This document shows positions 12,573-25,048 of a stretch of DNA of 58,641 nucleotides, piece by piece. This DNA is from Octopus bimaculoides. Lineage: Eukaryota. Under the pieces are notes generated by a model. That model searched no databases and was not told the origin of the DNA. It saw only the letters and a list, made by a program, of their open reading frames with translations. Position numbers and translations under genes: made by a program. The stretch is from the NCBI RefSeq assembly GCF_001194135.2, contig NC_068981.1, positions 179,269,874 through 179,328,514 on the forward strand. The letters are read 5' to 3'. Positions within the stretch are counted from its first letter, which is position 1. The number at the start of each line of letters is the position of its first letter.

Positions 12573-12862
12573 GATATGCCCCTATACATACAGATGGATG
12601 TCGGTATGCACATACCTGTACGTATATATGCATTTACTCATTTACTATTTGTTTATATATATATATATATATAGGTTATGAAAGGTAATGGTGTCAATAA
12701 GACCCAAAGGTGTCAGGTAATGCTGTGTAAGTTCTATGGACAGATTATGCGAGTGAGGAGTCCAACGTAGGTCATATATCAGCATGTGTATATATTAAAA
12801 AAATTCAGAATGAGGTAAAAATCTAAGGCTGTGAAAGATTTTAGAACATTTATAAATCGAAG

Positions 12863-12910
12863 GTCTTACAGCTGTTTCCGGGATATTTTATATATCCCTT
12901 CAACATAGAC
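12863..12910 (-). ncRNA. Degenerate minimal type-I hammerhead ribozyme (PLE pLTR)
   Basis: GUCU-AUGUUGAA-GGGAUAU(loop)AUAUCCC-G-GAAAC-AGCU-GUA^AGAC; stems I, II and palindromic III are intact, but the core has two substitutions and one extra G. Confidence 0.7.
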
Positions 12911-13520
12911 GGTGTGAGAAAATGGTTAAACAATAGTTATTTTAGATAAGATATGAAATAGAGTGAAGTGGAGTAATGTAAATATTAAAAGGGATATTGC
13001 ATCTGTAGATCCATTATTTAGGCAGAATGGTATACATATAAGATTCCAATACTACAACTCAATATATGTAGTAGGGTGAAAACATTAATTAACTAGGCAT
13101 GTCTTATAGTTGATAATATTTCGTCATTTGAATGGAAATTCTAAATATATGTCATAGGAATCAGTTAGCCAGATCTAGTTCCTGTTTGTTATATGAATCA
13201 CCGAACACAGAGAGATCTTTATGATGTAGCGTTAGAACTTATACCAGTTTCCCGAATTTTAAAGACAGTAAAGTTATTTCCCTGTTAGATGATGGATCCA
13301 GTCTTGTAGAAAGAGGAACATTTGAAGTGAGTTTACGTAGTATCCATCAGTTAAAGCTTCCGTCTTACATATAACCAAAACTTTGTTTCCTTTTATTTAT
13401 TGTCAGGCAGACAAAACTATGTGAAGAGCTGTTAGGTTTCAAGTCTCCGATCAGTCTGCCCTATCGTATTAGGATTGATTTCCGCAACTGATACAGAAAG
13501 TCCAACAGTGTGTCCAAAGG
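12911..13520 (-). pseudogene. Decayed Penelope element 3' region including a GIY-YIG endonuclease motif
   Basis: Minus strand at about 13434-13470 reads (Y)IGQTDRRLET, upstream of the HHR-bearing pLTR. Confidence 0.5.
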
Positions 13521-15474
13521 TTTTAGTTAATATAACAAAGTCTAATAACATAATGAGACACTTCAAACGTCTAGTCATCTACTGCACTCAGAACTAACAT
13601 CAATCTTGGTTCCTGATCAAAGGAAGTCTAGACAAAGTAGTAAGGCTGGTGATGCGCTACTATCCCTAACTTTAATCCAGTAGAGTAAAAAGTCAACTTT
13701 AATTATGTTCCGAAACATCTCTGTTCATAATGGGTTGTTGTTTCACTGTCGATTTTCTTGGAAAGACTCCATTGTGAGTGACGCCGAATGAGAGGATTCA
13801 TTCAATTTTTTTCAAATCGCCAGAGAACAATAGAACCAACGAACCGTTTTTCTCTTGACCTACTTATCTCCAGCATTCGATCAAAAGACCTAAAAACATT
13901 TTGATTAACTTCTATCGATCAAAATACATCAGTTGCTGGATGTTAATATAATAACTCAATGCCTTTAGTGTGTAAAATTGCTCATTCGTGTTTCTTCATA
14001 GCTTGAATAATATACAGATTATCATAGTTAGTTTCAATTTTCATAGTTCGTTCCACTATTTATGTCGAGATAAACTTTGCTGTTCCACATTGCGAGATGG
14101 ATGAAATGAGTAAAAGACTAAAAATACTGTGTTGATATAATAGACGAACACACTTGAGAGCGGTGCTGCAGTAGGAAGGCACTTCAATGATTGAAAGTAA
14201 AAAATAAAATAATGAAAGTGGGTGATTTAAAAACAAGAAATATTTTTGGAAGTAATTAGTGTAGATATTTTAAAACGGTTTCAATCCCATTGAACTTGAA
14301 CATTGATATAAAGAGTTCTGGTGGAAGACCGATTTATCTCATTGAAATGGCAATTAGTTCTTAACATGCACCCATCTCTACGTTTTTCTTATCTTGCAAA
14401 ATCATTCTAGCTAGGCTTGAGCAATTGATTATAGTGAGATGTAGAATATGGAGAACGACAGATAAACAAAATGAAGGAGATGGCAAAAAGAGATAATTAA
14501 CAGAATAATAATAACAGTAACACAAAACACACAAAAGCAGAGGAAATAGAAGTAAATGTTTAAAGATAACGTAAAAAAAAACTAAGAATAAAATATGAGG
14601 AAAATGTAAATGAAAAAAGAAAGAAGAGCACTGAAAGAAAATATGGTGAAATATAAAGTGAATGGTGAAGCAGGAAAGAGAAGCTGAGGCCGAGGAAAGA
14701 GAAAGAAAGAAAGAAAGATGAAGACTGGAAGAGAATAAGATTAGAGATAAATAAATTGATAGACAAAATAAGAAAGATGACGAATGAGAAATGAGAGAAA
14801 AAGAAAGCGAAGGGGCAAAAGAAAGTGAGTGACCGAAAGAAAGTAGAATAGAAAGAAACAAAGAGAGAGAGAGAGAGAGAGAGAGGTGGGGAGAAAGAGT
14901 GCCAGAAAGGTTGGCAAAGATATACGTGGCTTTGACTTGTGAATCGTTATACAGTCACATAGATTCTTGTGAATTTTGGACAGAAACTTCTTTACACACC
15001 ATATCTGTTAATCTTCAGTTTCCAGGATAAGAAATTAGGTCAAAGGATTCAGTACTGATTAGCTTCATCTCTTTGAATATATTTCTTCCCACCATTAGAT
15101 TTCAAGCGCATACAGGAATTTCTGAAAACCTCTTATCGCTCGTTCCTAGTTGTCGAATCGTATTGAAAATATTTATCTTCAATGTTTGCCGCAATATATC
15201 ATTACTAAAGATTCCACGAGATTTTCCCCAAGAAATACTCTACTAGCAATTAGTGGAGTTCTACGGCAACCAATCCGTTAAGTGAGTTGATAGTTCATAA
15301 CCCATCCTAAATCCGTAATTTAACCATCAATAATCAGAAGGTATATATATATATATCGCTTAAATATTCATGGATGTTGTGTAAAATTTGTGATGGCTTT
15401 GTTGTTGATGTGAGCCCGTTGAAGAAATTCTGATTTTAAATATCATATGGTCAAGCAAAATTCGTACACACACT

Positions 15475-15527
<53 letters not shown>

Positions 15528-16118
15528 NNNNNNNNNNNNNNNNNNNNNNNNNNNNNNNNNNNNNNNNNNNNNNNNNNNNNNNNNNNNNNNNNNNNNNNNN
15601 NNNNNNNNNNNNNNNNNNNNNNNNNNNNNNNNNNNNNNNNNNNNNNNNNNNNNNNNNNNNNNNNNNNNNNNNNNNNNNNNNNNNNNNNNNNNNNNNNNNN
15701 NNNNNNNNNNNNNNNNNNNNNNNNNNNNNNNNNNTATATATATATATATATATATATATGGAAAAGTGCGTAAACATATATGCAAAGGAACACATACGTA
15801 TACGCACAAACCTATATGTGTGTGTGTGTTGAGAGATAACGTAGGGGAAATCAGGAAAGATGCTAGAAGTGTACCGTACACTCACTGTTCACAATGATAA
15901 AACACGCCCCACCACTATATTCCCCGAAGTAGGTGAATTCGTTGATTGAAAGGTAAATAAGTGCATTGTTGGCATGTAGAAAATATCAACTGATCCTTCT
16001 ACAGAGTGTCCGTCCATCTGTCCGTTTGAAAGCCGAACGAATCGGTCATTCAGGCTTTCAAACAATAAATAGACATACATACACACATAGACATATATAC
16101 ATGAATGACAGGTATATG

Positions 16119-16497
16119 TCTACATTCATAAATGTGTAATGGTGTCTGTCTGTCTGTGTGTTTGGAGTTACTCTAACTCCTCCTACACCATCCAACCGAT
16201 TTTAATGACTTTTGGCACATAGGTAGATCACATGCCCTGAAGTTCAAATAAAGCCAGATTTTTTTTTCGAAAACTCAATAATGGTCAGTTAGCATAGATT
16301 TTTGTGACTTCAACCGGGCGTTTGAATGGAAATTCCCATAACGATTTTATTTTCCTGCAGCTTTTGCATTTTTTCACGTGTAAAATTTCAACAAAATCGA
16401 TCGAATAGTCTCTAAGGAAATGCTTATTCAATACAAGGTCACAGGTGAGCTTAATTTCAATAAGGAAAACACGAGCAACGCCGGGTCTGACAGCTAA
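16119..16497 (+). mobile_element. Non-autonomous Helitron/Helentron-like (HINE-type) element
   Basis: TCTA start, (TCTG)n, AACTCCTCC..CCGATTTT..TTTGGCACA motif, GAGCAACGCCGGG..GCTA end; matches remembered architecture only. Confidence 0.55.
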
Positions 16498-17323
16498 TAT
16501 ATATATATATGTAAGAAGGTTTGAAAATGCAATTTTAAAGATGCTTATTCACTTGACCGATTTCACTTTTTTAGGAAAAGATTTTCAAAAGTAAAATGTA
16601 AATCGTTTCATAAACTTTGTTGTGTTAAGTACTGGTTGCCACAAAAGTAATAAAATACATATATACATTCTTTGATAATAATAAGAAAATGTTTAAAAAA
16701 GTTTAAGTATTACAATACATATATNNNNNNNNNNNNNNNNNNNNNNNNNNNNNNNNNNNNNNNNNNNNNNNNNNNNNNNNNNNNNNNNNNNNNNNNNNNN
16801 NNNNNNNNNNNNNNNNNNNNNNNNNNNNNNNNNNNNNNNNNNNNNNNNNNNNNNNNNNNNNNNNNNNNNNNNNNNNNNNNNNNNNNNNNNNNNNNNNNNN
16901 NNNNNNNNNNNNNNNNNNNNNNNNNNNNNNNNNNNNNNNNNNNNNNNNNNNNNNNNNNNNNNNNNNNNNNNNNNNNNNNNNNNNNNNNNNNNNNNNNNNN
17001 NNNNNNNNNNNNNNNNNNNNNNNNNNNNNNNNNNNNNNNNNNNNNNNNNNNNNNNNNNNNNNNNNNNNNNNNNNNNNNNNNNNNNNNNNNNNNNNNNNNN
17101 NNNNNNNNNNNNNNNNNNNNNNNNNNNNNNNNNNNNNNNNNNNNNNNNNNNNNNNNNNNNNNNNNNNNNNNNNNNNNNNNNNNNNNNNNNNNNNNNNNNN
17201 NNNNNNNNNNNNNNNNNNNNNNNNNNNNNNNNNNNNNNNNNNNNNNNNNNNNNNNNNNNNNNNNNNNNNNNNNNNNNNNNNNNNNNNNNNNNNNNNNNNN
17301 NNNNNNNNNNNNNNNNNNNNNNN

Positions 17324-17354
<31 letters not shown>

Positions 17355-17605
17355 GGGGGGAATGATAAATTGAATATTAATTCAATTTAAAACCAAGTGG
17401 CCTAGCATATAAACAATTTGAAAATTCAGAAAAATTTTATTACAAGTGTATAAGGGATGACCACTAAGTGGACATCCAATATGCTAGAAAGAGGTCATCA
17501 ACGACCCAACTACAAAGAAAAAAAAAAGAAAAAAATGTTCTCCAGAAAAAATTTCGCAAAACACCAGAACAAGACAAAATGAGAAATATACAGAATAAAT
17601 AATTA

Positions 17606-17673
17606 ATTGTGTACCGGTTTCGAACATTAACATTTTACTTACGTAACAACATCCGTGTTCTCATCAGCATAAT
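17606..17673 (-). ncRNA. Minimal type-I hammerhead ribozyme, intact catalytic core
   Basis: AUUAUG-CUGAUGA-GAACA..UGUUC-GAAAC-CG-GUA^CACAAU; 5-bp stem II, palindromic ACCGGU stem III, stem I 5 of 6 pairs. Confidence 0.85.
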
Positions 17674-18295
17674 CGTTCTAGAATCAATATAATTTTCAGA
17701 ACTATACACGAATTGTCTTCATAAAATAAAACTTACGTACAGTTCTACCGATTACATTGGGATTATTTTTCAAAATGCCTCAGCGCTGGCGCGCGTAAGT
17801 AAAACGTTAATGTTCGAAACCGGTACACAATTAATTCTTTATTCTGTATATTTCTCATTTTGGCTTGTTCTGGTGTTTTGCGAAATTTTTTCTGGAGAAA
17901 ATTATTTTTCTTTTTTTTCTTTGCGGTTGGATCGTTGATGAACTATCTCTAGCATATTGGATGTCCACTTAGTGGTCATCCCTTCTTATACACTTGTAAT
18001 ACATTTTTTCTGAATTTTCAGATGTTTTTATATGCTAGGCCACTTGGTTTTAAATTGAATTTATATTCAATTTATCAACCTCAGTATACAAATAATCATT
18101 TAAATAGTTATGTTCTCCAGCCGGCAACATATACTGCAGTGAATTATTCTCTGCAGAATTGTTTCTGGAATTTGGCGCCCCAGAGCTGAGACATTTTGAA
18201 AAATAACCCCAATGTAATCGGTAGAACTGTACGCAAGTCTTATTTCATGACGACAATTCGTGTATAGTTCTGCAAATTATATTGATTCTAGAACG

Positions 18296-18363
18296 ATTGT
18301 GCTGATAAGAACACGGATGTTGTTACGAAAGTAAAACGTTAATATTCGAAACCGGTATACAAT
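18296..18363 (+). ncRNA. Hammerhead ribozyme copy with G8A core mutation (probably inactive)
   Basis: AUUGUG-CUGAUAA-GAACA..UAUUC-GAAAC-CG-GUA^UACAAU. Confidence 0.75.
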
Positions 18364-19242
18364 TAATTCTTTATTGTGTATATTTCTCATTTTGTCTTTT
18401 TCTGGTGTTTTGCGAAATTTTTTCTGGAAAACATTATTTTTCTTTTTTTTCTTTGTGGTTGGGTCGTTGATGACCTCTTTCTAGCATATTGGATGTCCAC
18501 TTAATGGTCATCCCTTCTTATGTACACACAAACACACACACACATATATATGTGCGTGTGTGTGTGTATTACTTGTTTTAGGCATTGAACTGAAGTCATG
18601 CAGGGGCTCTGCTTTGAGCAAACTGACCCCAGTACATATGTTTTAAGTCTAGAAAGACCAATTTATATATTAATCACATTCCTGGAAACTTGTATTTACA
18701 TATTGACCTGCAGTTTCGTGGGAGAGAGTAAGTCGGTTAGANNNNNNNNNNNNNNNNNNNNNNNNNNNNNNNNNNNNNNNNNNNNNNNNNNNNNNNNNNN
18801 NNNNNNNNNNNNNNNNNNNNNNNNNNNNNNNNNNNNNNNNNNNNNNNNNNNNNNNNNNNNNNNNNNNNNNNNNNNNNNNNNNNNNNNNNNNNNNNNNNNN
18901 NNNNNNNNNNNNNNNNNNNNNNNNNNNNNNNNNNNNNNNNNNNNNNNNNNNNNNNNNNNNNNNNNNNNNNNNNNNNNNNNNNNNNNNNNNNNNNNNNNNN
19001 NNNNNNNNNNNNNNNNNNNNNNNNNNNNNNNNNNNNNNNNNNNNNNNNNNNNNNNNNNNNNNNNNNNNNNNNNNNNNNNNNNNNNNNNNNNNNNNNNNNN
19101 NNNNNNNNNNNNNNNNNNNNNNNNNNNNNNNNNNNNNNNNNNNNNNTGTGTGTGTGTGTGTGTGTGTGTGTGTAGCTGTGTAGACATTTATATACAGAAT
19201 GGCAAAAAAACAATACAACTAAATCATTGTCTCAGCATATAA

Positions 19243-19387
19243 TATAGATGTTTTCGATCTAGTTTGGATTCTTTGCCATCAAATTTGAATTCTTTGCCCT
19301 CAAATTGGAATTCTTTGCAATCAAATTTGATGGTAAAATATTCAAATTTGATGGTAAAGAATCCAAACTAGGTCGAAAACGTCTATA
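19243..19387. mobile_element. 145-bp foldback MITE with 48-bp TIRs and internal 21-bp repeats
   Basis: TIRs 19243-19290 and 19340-19387 match at 45 of 48 positions; three ATTCTTTGCCATCAAATTTGA-like units at 19268-19330; TATA ends. Confidence 0.85.
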
Positions 19388-20988
19388 ATATAAAATAAAT
19401 AAAACAGTGTTCTGTATAGGTTTGAGGAACATATCACAGTCACAGTTCGAGTATTTACGAGATGAAACCTATTAAAATATAAACAATTTGTAAGGTAAAC
19501 CTATTTTTGGAACACCCTCTATATACGACGGAATTCCACACAGTTGCACAATTTTCGTCTACTAAATTCATTCATAAGGCTTTACTTAGCCCGGACCTAT
19601 AGTTGAAGACATTTGCCCAAGGTACCATACAGTGGACTGAACTCGAAACCACGTCGTTGAAATGCGAACTTAAACACAATTTTGCCTGTGTATAATTTTA
19701 GACTCTTTTGCTGTGAGGCCACTCGTTCGTCATGGCACATTTTTCGTTGCCATTTGTTCTACAAATCCGTCGTTGATAGAAACAGAAGACAGACTAACTA
19801 GAAAGACAAGAACGCCCAACTTGCTAGAAATTCAAATCAAATCTCTCGAAACAACGAGAGAGCTTCAGCCTAAGTAACCAGCAAGAAAGAGCAGCAAATG
19901 TTTCTTTAACTTTCATAAGTTAGCATCTTAAAAATGAATTATAGATTAAATAACATAGTCCAAAATATTGTATACCTGTAAGAAAAAATAGCAAGAAATA
20001 TATGATGGTCAAAGGTGAGATTTGTTTAATCATAGCTAACCTGGAGCAAAGCAATATCGTATATTAATATTGAATAAAAGATGACTGATTTAGACCATAG
20101 GCTTTCACGTTTGTCCAATAAAATAAAATTGTTTTTTATTATATTTTGCTATATATCATAGATTTTCTATTGCATAAGTTAAAGTTTGATATCAGATTTT
20201 ACGATTATTCATGAAGGCAGCTTGTTTATAATTTCTAAGCCTGTAAGCGAACAATGCTATTATTAATTATTATGTATTTATTTTTTTTCTATATTTTTCT
20301 TTTGTAATCTCTTCCTATCCAACTATCAACAAAGAATGCCTGGTTGAATGCATTGTACAGTAACAATATATTTTAGCAATAGCATTTATCCAACTTACTA
20401 CTTCTGATTATATTTATCACTTTAATTCTAACTTCGAATTTCATTCAAGAAAATAACATATATATATATTCATATATATNNNNNNNNNNAGTTGGAAACA
20501 CATCACCAAAATATAGCTACTCAGAGTCTCACATTCTCGTTCGTCGGGCAGATATGATGCGCAATAAAATAAAATTGTAATGGTGGATGTAATATATGAT
20601 TTGATATAATCCAAATTGACGAAAAGGTATTTGAATTTGATTGGATGATTTATTTTGAAAACTTGAGCAGTGTTGTATTCGCTAACGGTTAGTCTGGGAT
20701 GTGTAAACTGAACAGTAATATATATCGCATTGTATAATTTCGAAAAAACATTGAATTAAGTGGGACTAATGAATGTCCAGAAGAGATTAATTAAGGATGA
20801 ATAAATAATTAATAGAGTCGTAAGTGTGTTTTATAAATTTAAAAACCATGGATTGAAGAAATTCCTAGGTTTAAAATTTAATAACAATTGTTTGTTACGT
20901 ATACACACACCACACACATATAAACATATAAATCAATAACTATATATACACAAGCAAATGCACACATGCATATACAGATAAACACACT

Positions 20989-21026
<38 letters not shown>

Positions 21027-22785
21027 CGTGCATATATACATATATATACTTGCATACATACACAAAACTTTGTATTTTAGACAAAAGATTGTGGGTGGTG
21101 AAAGATTAATTTGCTTACTTATTCAATCTACCCTCTAGTGGCTGAGATAGTGTACAGGATAATTCTAATTTAATACTAACACTCTTTTTTTCTTTTTGTT
21201 CCACAGATATAATGTTAAATTTCTTGGGGCTGTAACATTTTAACAATCCTCTGAAATTTACCCAATGACATTTGTAGTGTGTCTTATCCTCATGCTCGAT
21301 CTCTTTTTCTTCCAGTACGTTACATTTCGTAGATGTCAATCTCTGTTTGTTATGTTTTGTTTCGTATCTTTCTCATTTAAACTTTACCCGACATTTTATA
21401 CCCGTCCCTTTAATTCTCATTTATTTCATTTTCGTTTACAAGAAAGCCATCAGCATATTTGTGTTCTCTTTGAGGATATTTGGATTAAAGGCCAGTTTAC
21501 AGCAGACCTGTTTATTCTTCCTCTCATTCAGTTTTATTTAAGTGACAGTTTTTATATTTCCCAAATTATTTTTAATAAAATATTTGAAATAACATTGTGC
21601 TTGTTGTTTTGTTTTTCATTGATATATGCTATTTTCGAACAATCATCTTATTGAAACCGAGGAGCAGTATCTATAGAAAATTAATTCTTGCGTCTAACGG
21701 ATATATAACTTATGTAATCTTTCTCATCCATCGCTTCCACATAAATGCATGTTGTTTTATTAAACTTAAGGTCAATTTTGTTTAGGTGGTGCTAATCGCT
21801 TTTAATCAAAGAAACAATGCGACAATTCTTTAATTTAGCTTTCTCAGTATAAAAGGTAAAGTTGTATCCTAATTTGACTCTAAATACGAGACGTAAATCA
21901 TCAAAGACTTATATATTACAACAGTGTCTCTACCATAGCAATCATTTACTTTCCATAAAAATGTCAGATAATTTATGTTATCACATGTATCTGCAGAAGA
22001 AGAACTGTTTTTAGCTGTTGCAATTATTTCTTACTTTTCTAAATTATTTGTTTTATGTACACTGACTTTGCGTCTTTGTCTGACTCATTATCATTTGGTG
22101 GTCGTGAAATAACTACAACTTACATTTGACGTCAATAGCGGTAATAGCGGTGTTTGATTTATATTATTAAGGATAAATAATGGCCACGATGTAGGGTGAT
22201 GTATGCTGTTGATCTATCTTTAGAAAGTTTCACAATTTTCTAGTTACTGATTCTCTTTAACATTTCACTAACGACAGTGGATTAAGAGAGTCATTAGATG
22301 ATCGGAAAAATGGCTTCTCTATTTGTTCTGACTCTTAAGAACCCGGGTTTAAAATTTCGCCAAATCACCTTTGCTTTTGCCTTTCAGAGGATTTTGAGTG
22401 CATCTAGTATCCCTTTTCAAGTATGTACAAACATTAATGAAGTAGGTGTTGCTAGGTGTTAAAAGATCGTCTCTAATCTTGCAGATCACATACTAGCTCA
22501 TTCCAAAATGTCTAAGAAAGTTTTGGTGGTTGGGATATCCAAGACAAGGTTCATATACTAGTTATGGCTTACGTAAAATTGTTCATAGAATTGATCAAAG
22601 GTCTTATGAGTAGCCTGTCTTTTATAAGCTGCGCATAACTGAAGACATTCTCCACGACAATCAACACTTAAGTTGTATCGAGATAGTAATGCAAATTCTT
22701 TAAGCCTGCCATCAGAATGTGTATATATATGTGTATGTGTATATATATATATATACACATACATACATACATATATATACATATA

Positions 22786-23400
22786 TGGATACAGGACGTC
22801 ACCAACAGTAAACAACATGAAATACAAAAACAAATGGGTTAAATGCGCAAACGGCGAAAGAAACAAATGGAAAACAGGACAAGTAACAAAAACAACGACC
22901 CTTCATCAGTTGTCGGCTGTCTATCTACTCCTCATTTCGCGCATTGAACGACAATATGAGTCTTCGAAGACAGTTGCTCTAAAATAAAAATACCAAACTA
23001 AAATTTGGGATTTATTGAGGCTCAAAGCTGGGAACAAAACAGGACAGTGGAGACCTACAAGGAAATCGAACGAAAACAAACATGGAGAGTCGTTAGACCA
23101 GAACAAGGGTAAAATAGCGAACGGTGGAGAAATATTTTCTTTGACAAGAGAAAAGATAGAAGAGAGAGATAGGATACATCCAGTCCTTCGGACAATCCTG
23201 ATAGAAAACAAAGATGATCATGTGCGGAAAAGAAAGATGGACGATGGTCACGTGTGAGCAACGAGAGAGATAACAGGAGAAAGAGGGATAGTGAGAGACA
23301 GATAGAAAACGGTGAAGAGGAGAAAAACAATATAGAGTAGTGTCGCATCAAAAAGATTAAGATAAACTTGCTTGAACACGGATGCGTGGCGTTCAGTCAA
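22786..23400 (+). mobile_element. Family P repeat, complete-looking copy next to (TA)n
   Basis: TGGATACAGGACGTCA start, GGATGCGTGGCGTTCAGTCA end. Confidence 0.75.
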
Positions 23401-23536
23401 ATGATATGATATAATATAATATAATATGACACACACACACACACACACACANNNNNNNNNNNNNNNNNNNNNNNNNNNNNNNNNNNNNNNNNNNNNNNNN
23501 NNNNNNNNNNNNNNNNNNNNNNNNNNNNNNNNNNNN

Positions 23537-23593
<57 letters not shown>

Positions 23594-23611
23594 TATGTCT
23601 ATATATATATA

Positions 23612-24675
23612 GGTCACAAAAGTGACAGGGGGTATTGACTAGCACCGGACTATCGGACTTTAAAAGAAGTCAAATTGTTGGTGCTCGTATGGTAGCTGCT
23701 AGCGTAACGAAAACAGCCGAAATGTTTGGTGCATCAAGAAGTACTGCCTCAAAAGTAATGACAGCCTTTGAGAGAGAGGGAAAACCTCCTCATCGAAGCA
23801 AAACTCCGGAAGAAAACCAAAACTTTCAAATAGGGACCGTCGGACTGTTACGCGAATTGTTAGAAAGGATCACAGAAGGACAGCTCCCAAAATTACTGGA
23901 GAGCTTAATGACCACCTCGAGAACCCAGTTTCCACAAGAATGTTCGCCGGGATTTCACTGGCGGGCTGCAATCAGAAAACCACTACTTTCAAAATTAAAC
24001 GTTGCAAAAGGTTTAGAGTGGAGTAAAAACCTACAGAATTGGTTCCTAGAGCAGTGGAAGTATATTGTTTTTTCGGACGAGTCACCCTTTACCTTATTTC
24101 CGGTACCGGCCAAGTATACGTGTGGAGGCAGCCAAAGGAAGCATTTCATCCAAACCGCCTTCTTCGAACTGTTAAACAGAGGAGGATCTGTGATGATCTG
24201 GGGGGCTATATTTTGAAAATCCGCCGGCCCAATGGTTTCCCTTCATGGAAGAATTTATAGTCAAGATTATTTAAGCATTTTATGCGATCAAATTCATCGT
24301 ATGGTTGCGGAATTGTTTCCGGAGTGAAACGCAATCTTTCAGGATGATAATGCACCAATTCACACAGCTAAAGTTGTTACTGAATGGCACAAGGAACATT
24401 CTAGTGAAGTTTAACACTTTATATGGCCACCACAGTCCCCAGATATCAATATTATTGAACATTTATGGTTCATTTTAGAAAAACAAGCAAGGAGTCGATA
24501 TCCTCCACCATGATCACTACAAGAACTGGACACTGTTTTAGCCAAAGAAGGGACAAAAATTCCTTCGGAAACACCTGAAAGTTTGTGAGTCCATACCTCG
24601 TAGAATTCAAGCTGTAATTACTGCCAAAGGCAGTCCTACCCCTAGGTGTTTCTATTATTTTGTCCAACCCGAGTG
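23612..24675 (+). mobile_element. Tc1-family transposon remnant, DD36E spacing, frameshifted transposase
   Basis: LSDFKRSQIVGARM..SVTKTA N-terminus; VFSDES; FQDDNAPIH (D at 24346) to PDINIIE (E at 24457) spans 36 intervening codons including one TAA; 3' TIR-like end GGTGTTTCTATTATTTTGTCCAACCCGAGTG followed by TA. Confidence 0.9.
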
Positions 24676-25002
24676 TATGCATATGTACATACGCATGCAT
24701 TGGTGTATGTACTTGTGTGTGTTTGTGTTTGTTTGCGTATCAGGACTGTTATTAAGATGAAAGCAGGGCTTGAACCTGTCGATATTTTAAATTTGGCACA
24801 TAAGCATCTAGTTCAAATCAAGTTATGGTTTAATATATTGAAATAGCATATTATGTAATAACACCATTAAAGGCTTTTCAAATAAATTATTGTTAAAATT
24901 AAAAAAAAAAAATGGTTTTGAAATAGTGTCAAAATTATGCGAAATGTATAACACATGCAGCAGAAAACGACTTAAGAAAAAAAAATTTACATAGTAACTT
25001 AT

Positions 25003-25048
<46 letters not shown>

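Larger units (their letters stand above)
17363..18521. mobile_element. ORF-less PLE pLTR / retrozyme-like cluster: one inverted copy plus two tandem copies of a ~532-bp monomer
   Basis: 17363-17643 is the reverse complement of 17794-18077; 17644-17785 is the reverse complement of 18181-18325; GAAACCGGTA at 17816 and 18348 (period 532); terminal hairpin AAATTGAAT/ATTCAATTT. Confidence 0.85.

Noticed and set aside
18690-18741. Minus-strand GAAAC-TGCAG-GTC next to a gap, a possible hammerhead 3' half
   Set aside because: The CUGANGA half would lie in the N-gap; untestable here
22900-22975. Family P minus strand has GAAA...CTGATGAAG, suggesting a type-II hammerhead
   Set aside because: No stem I or stem II could be formed consistently across the copies
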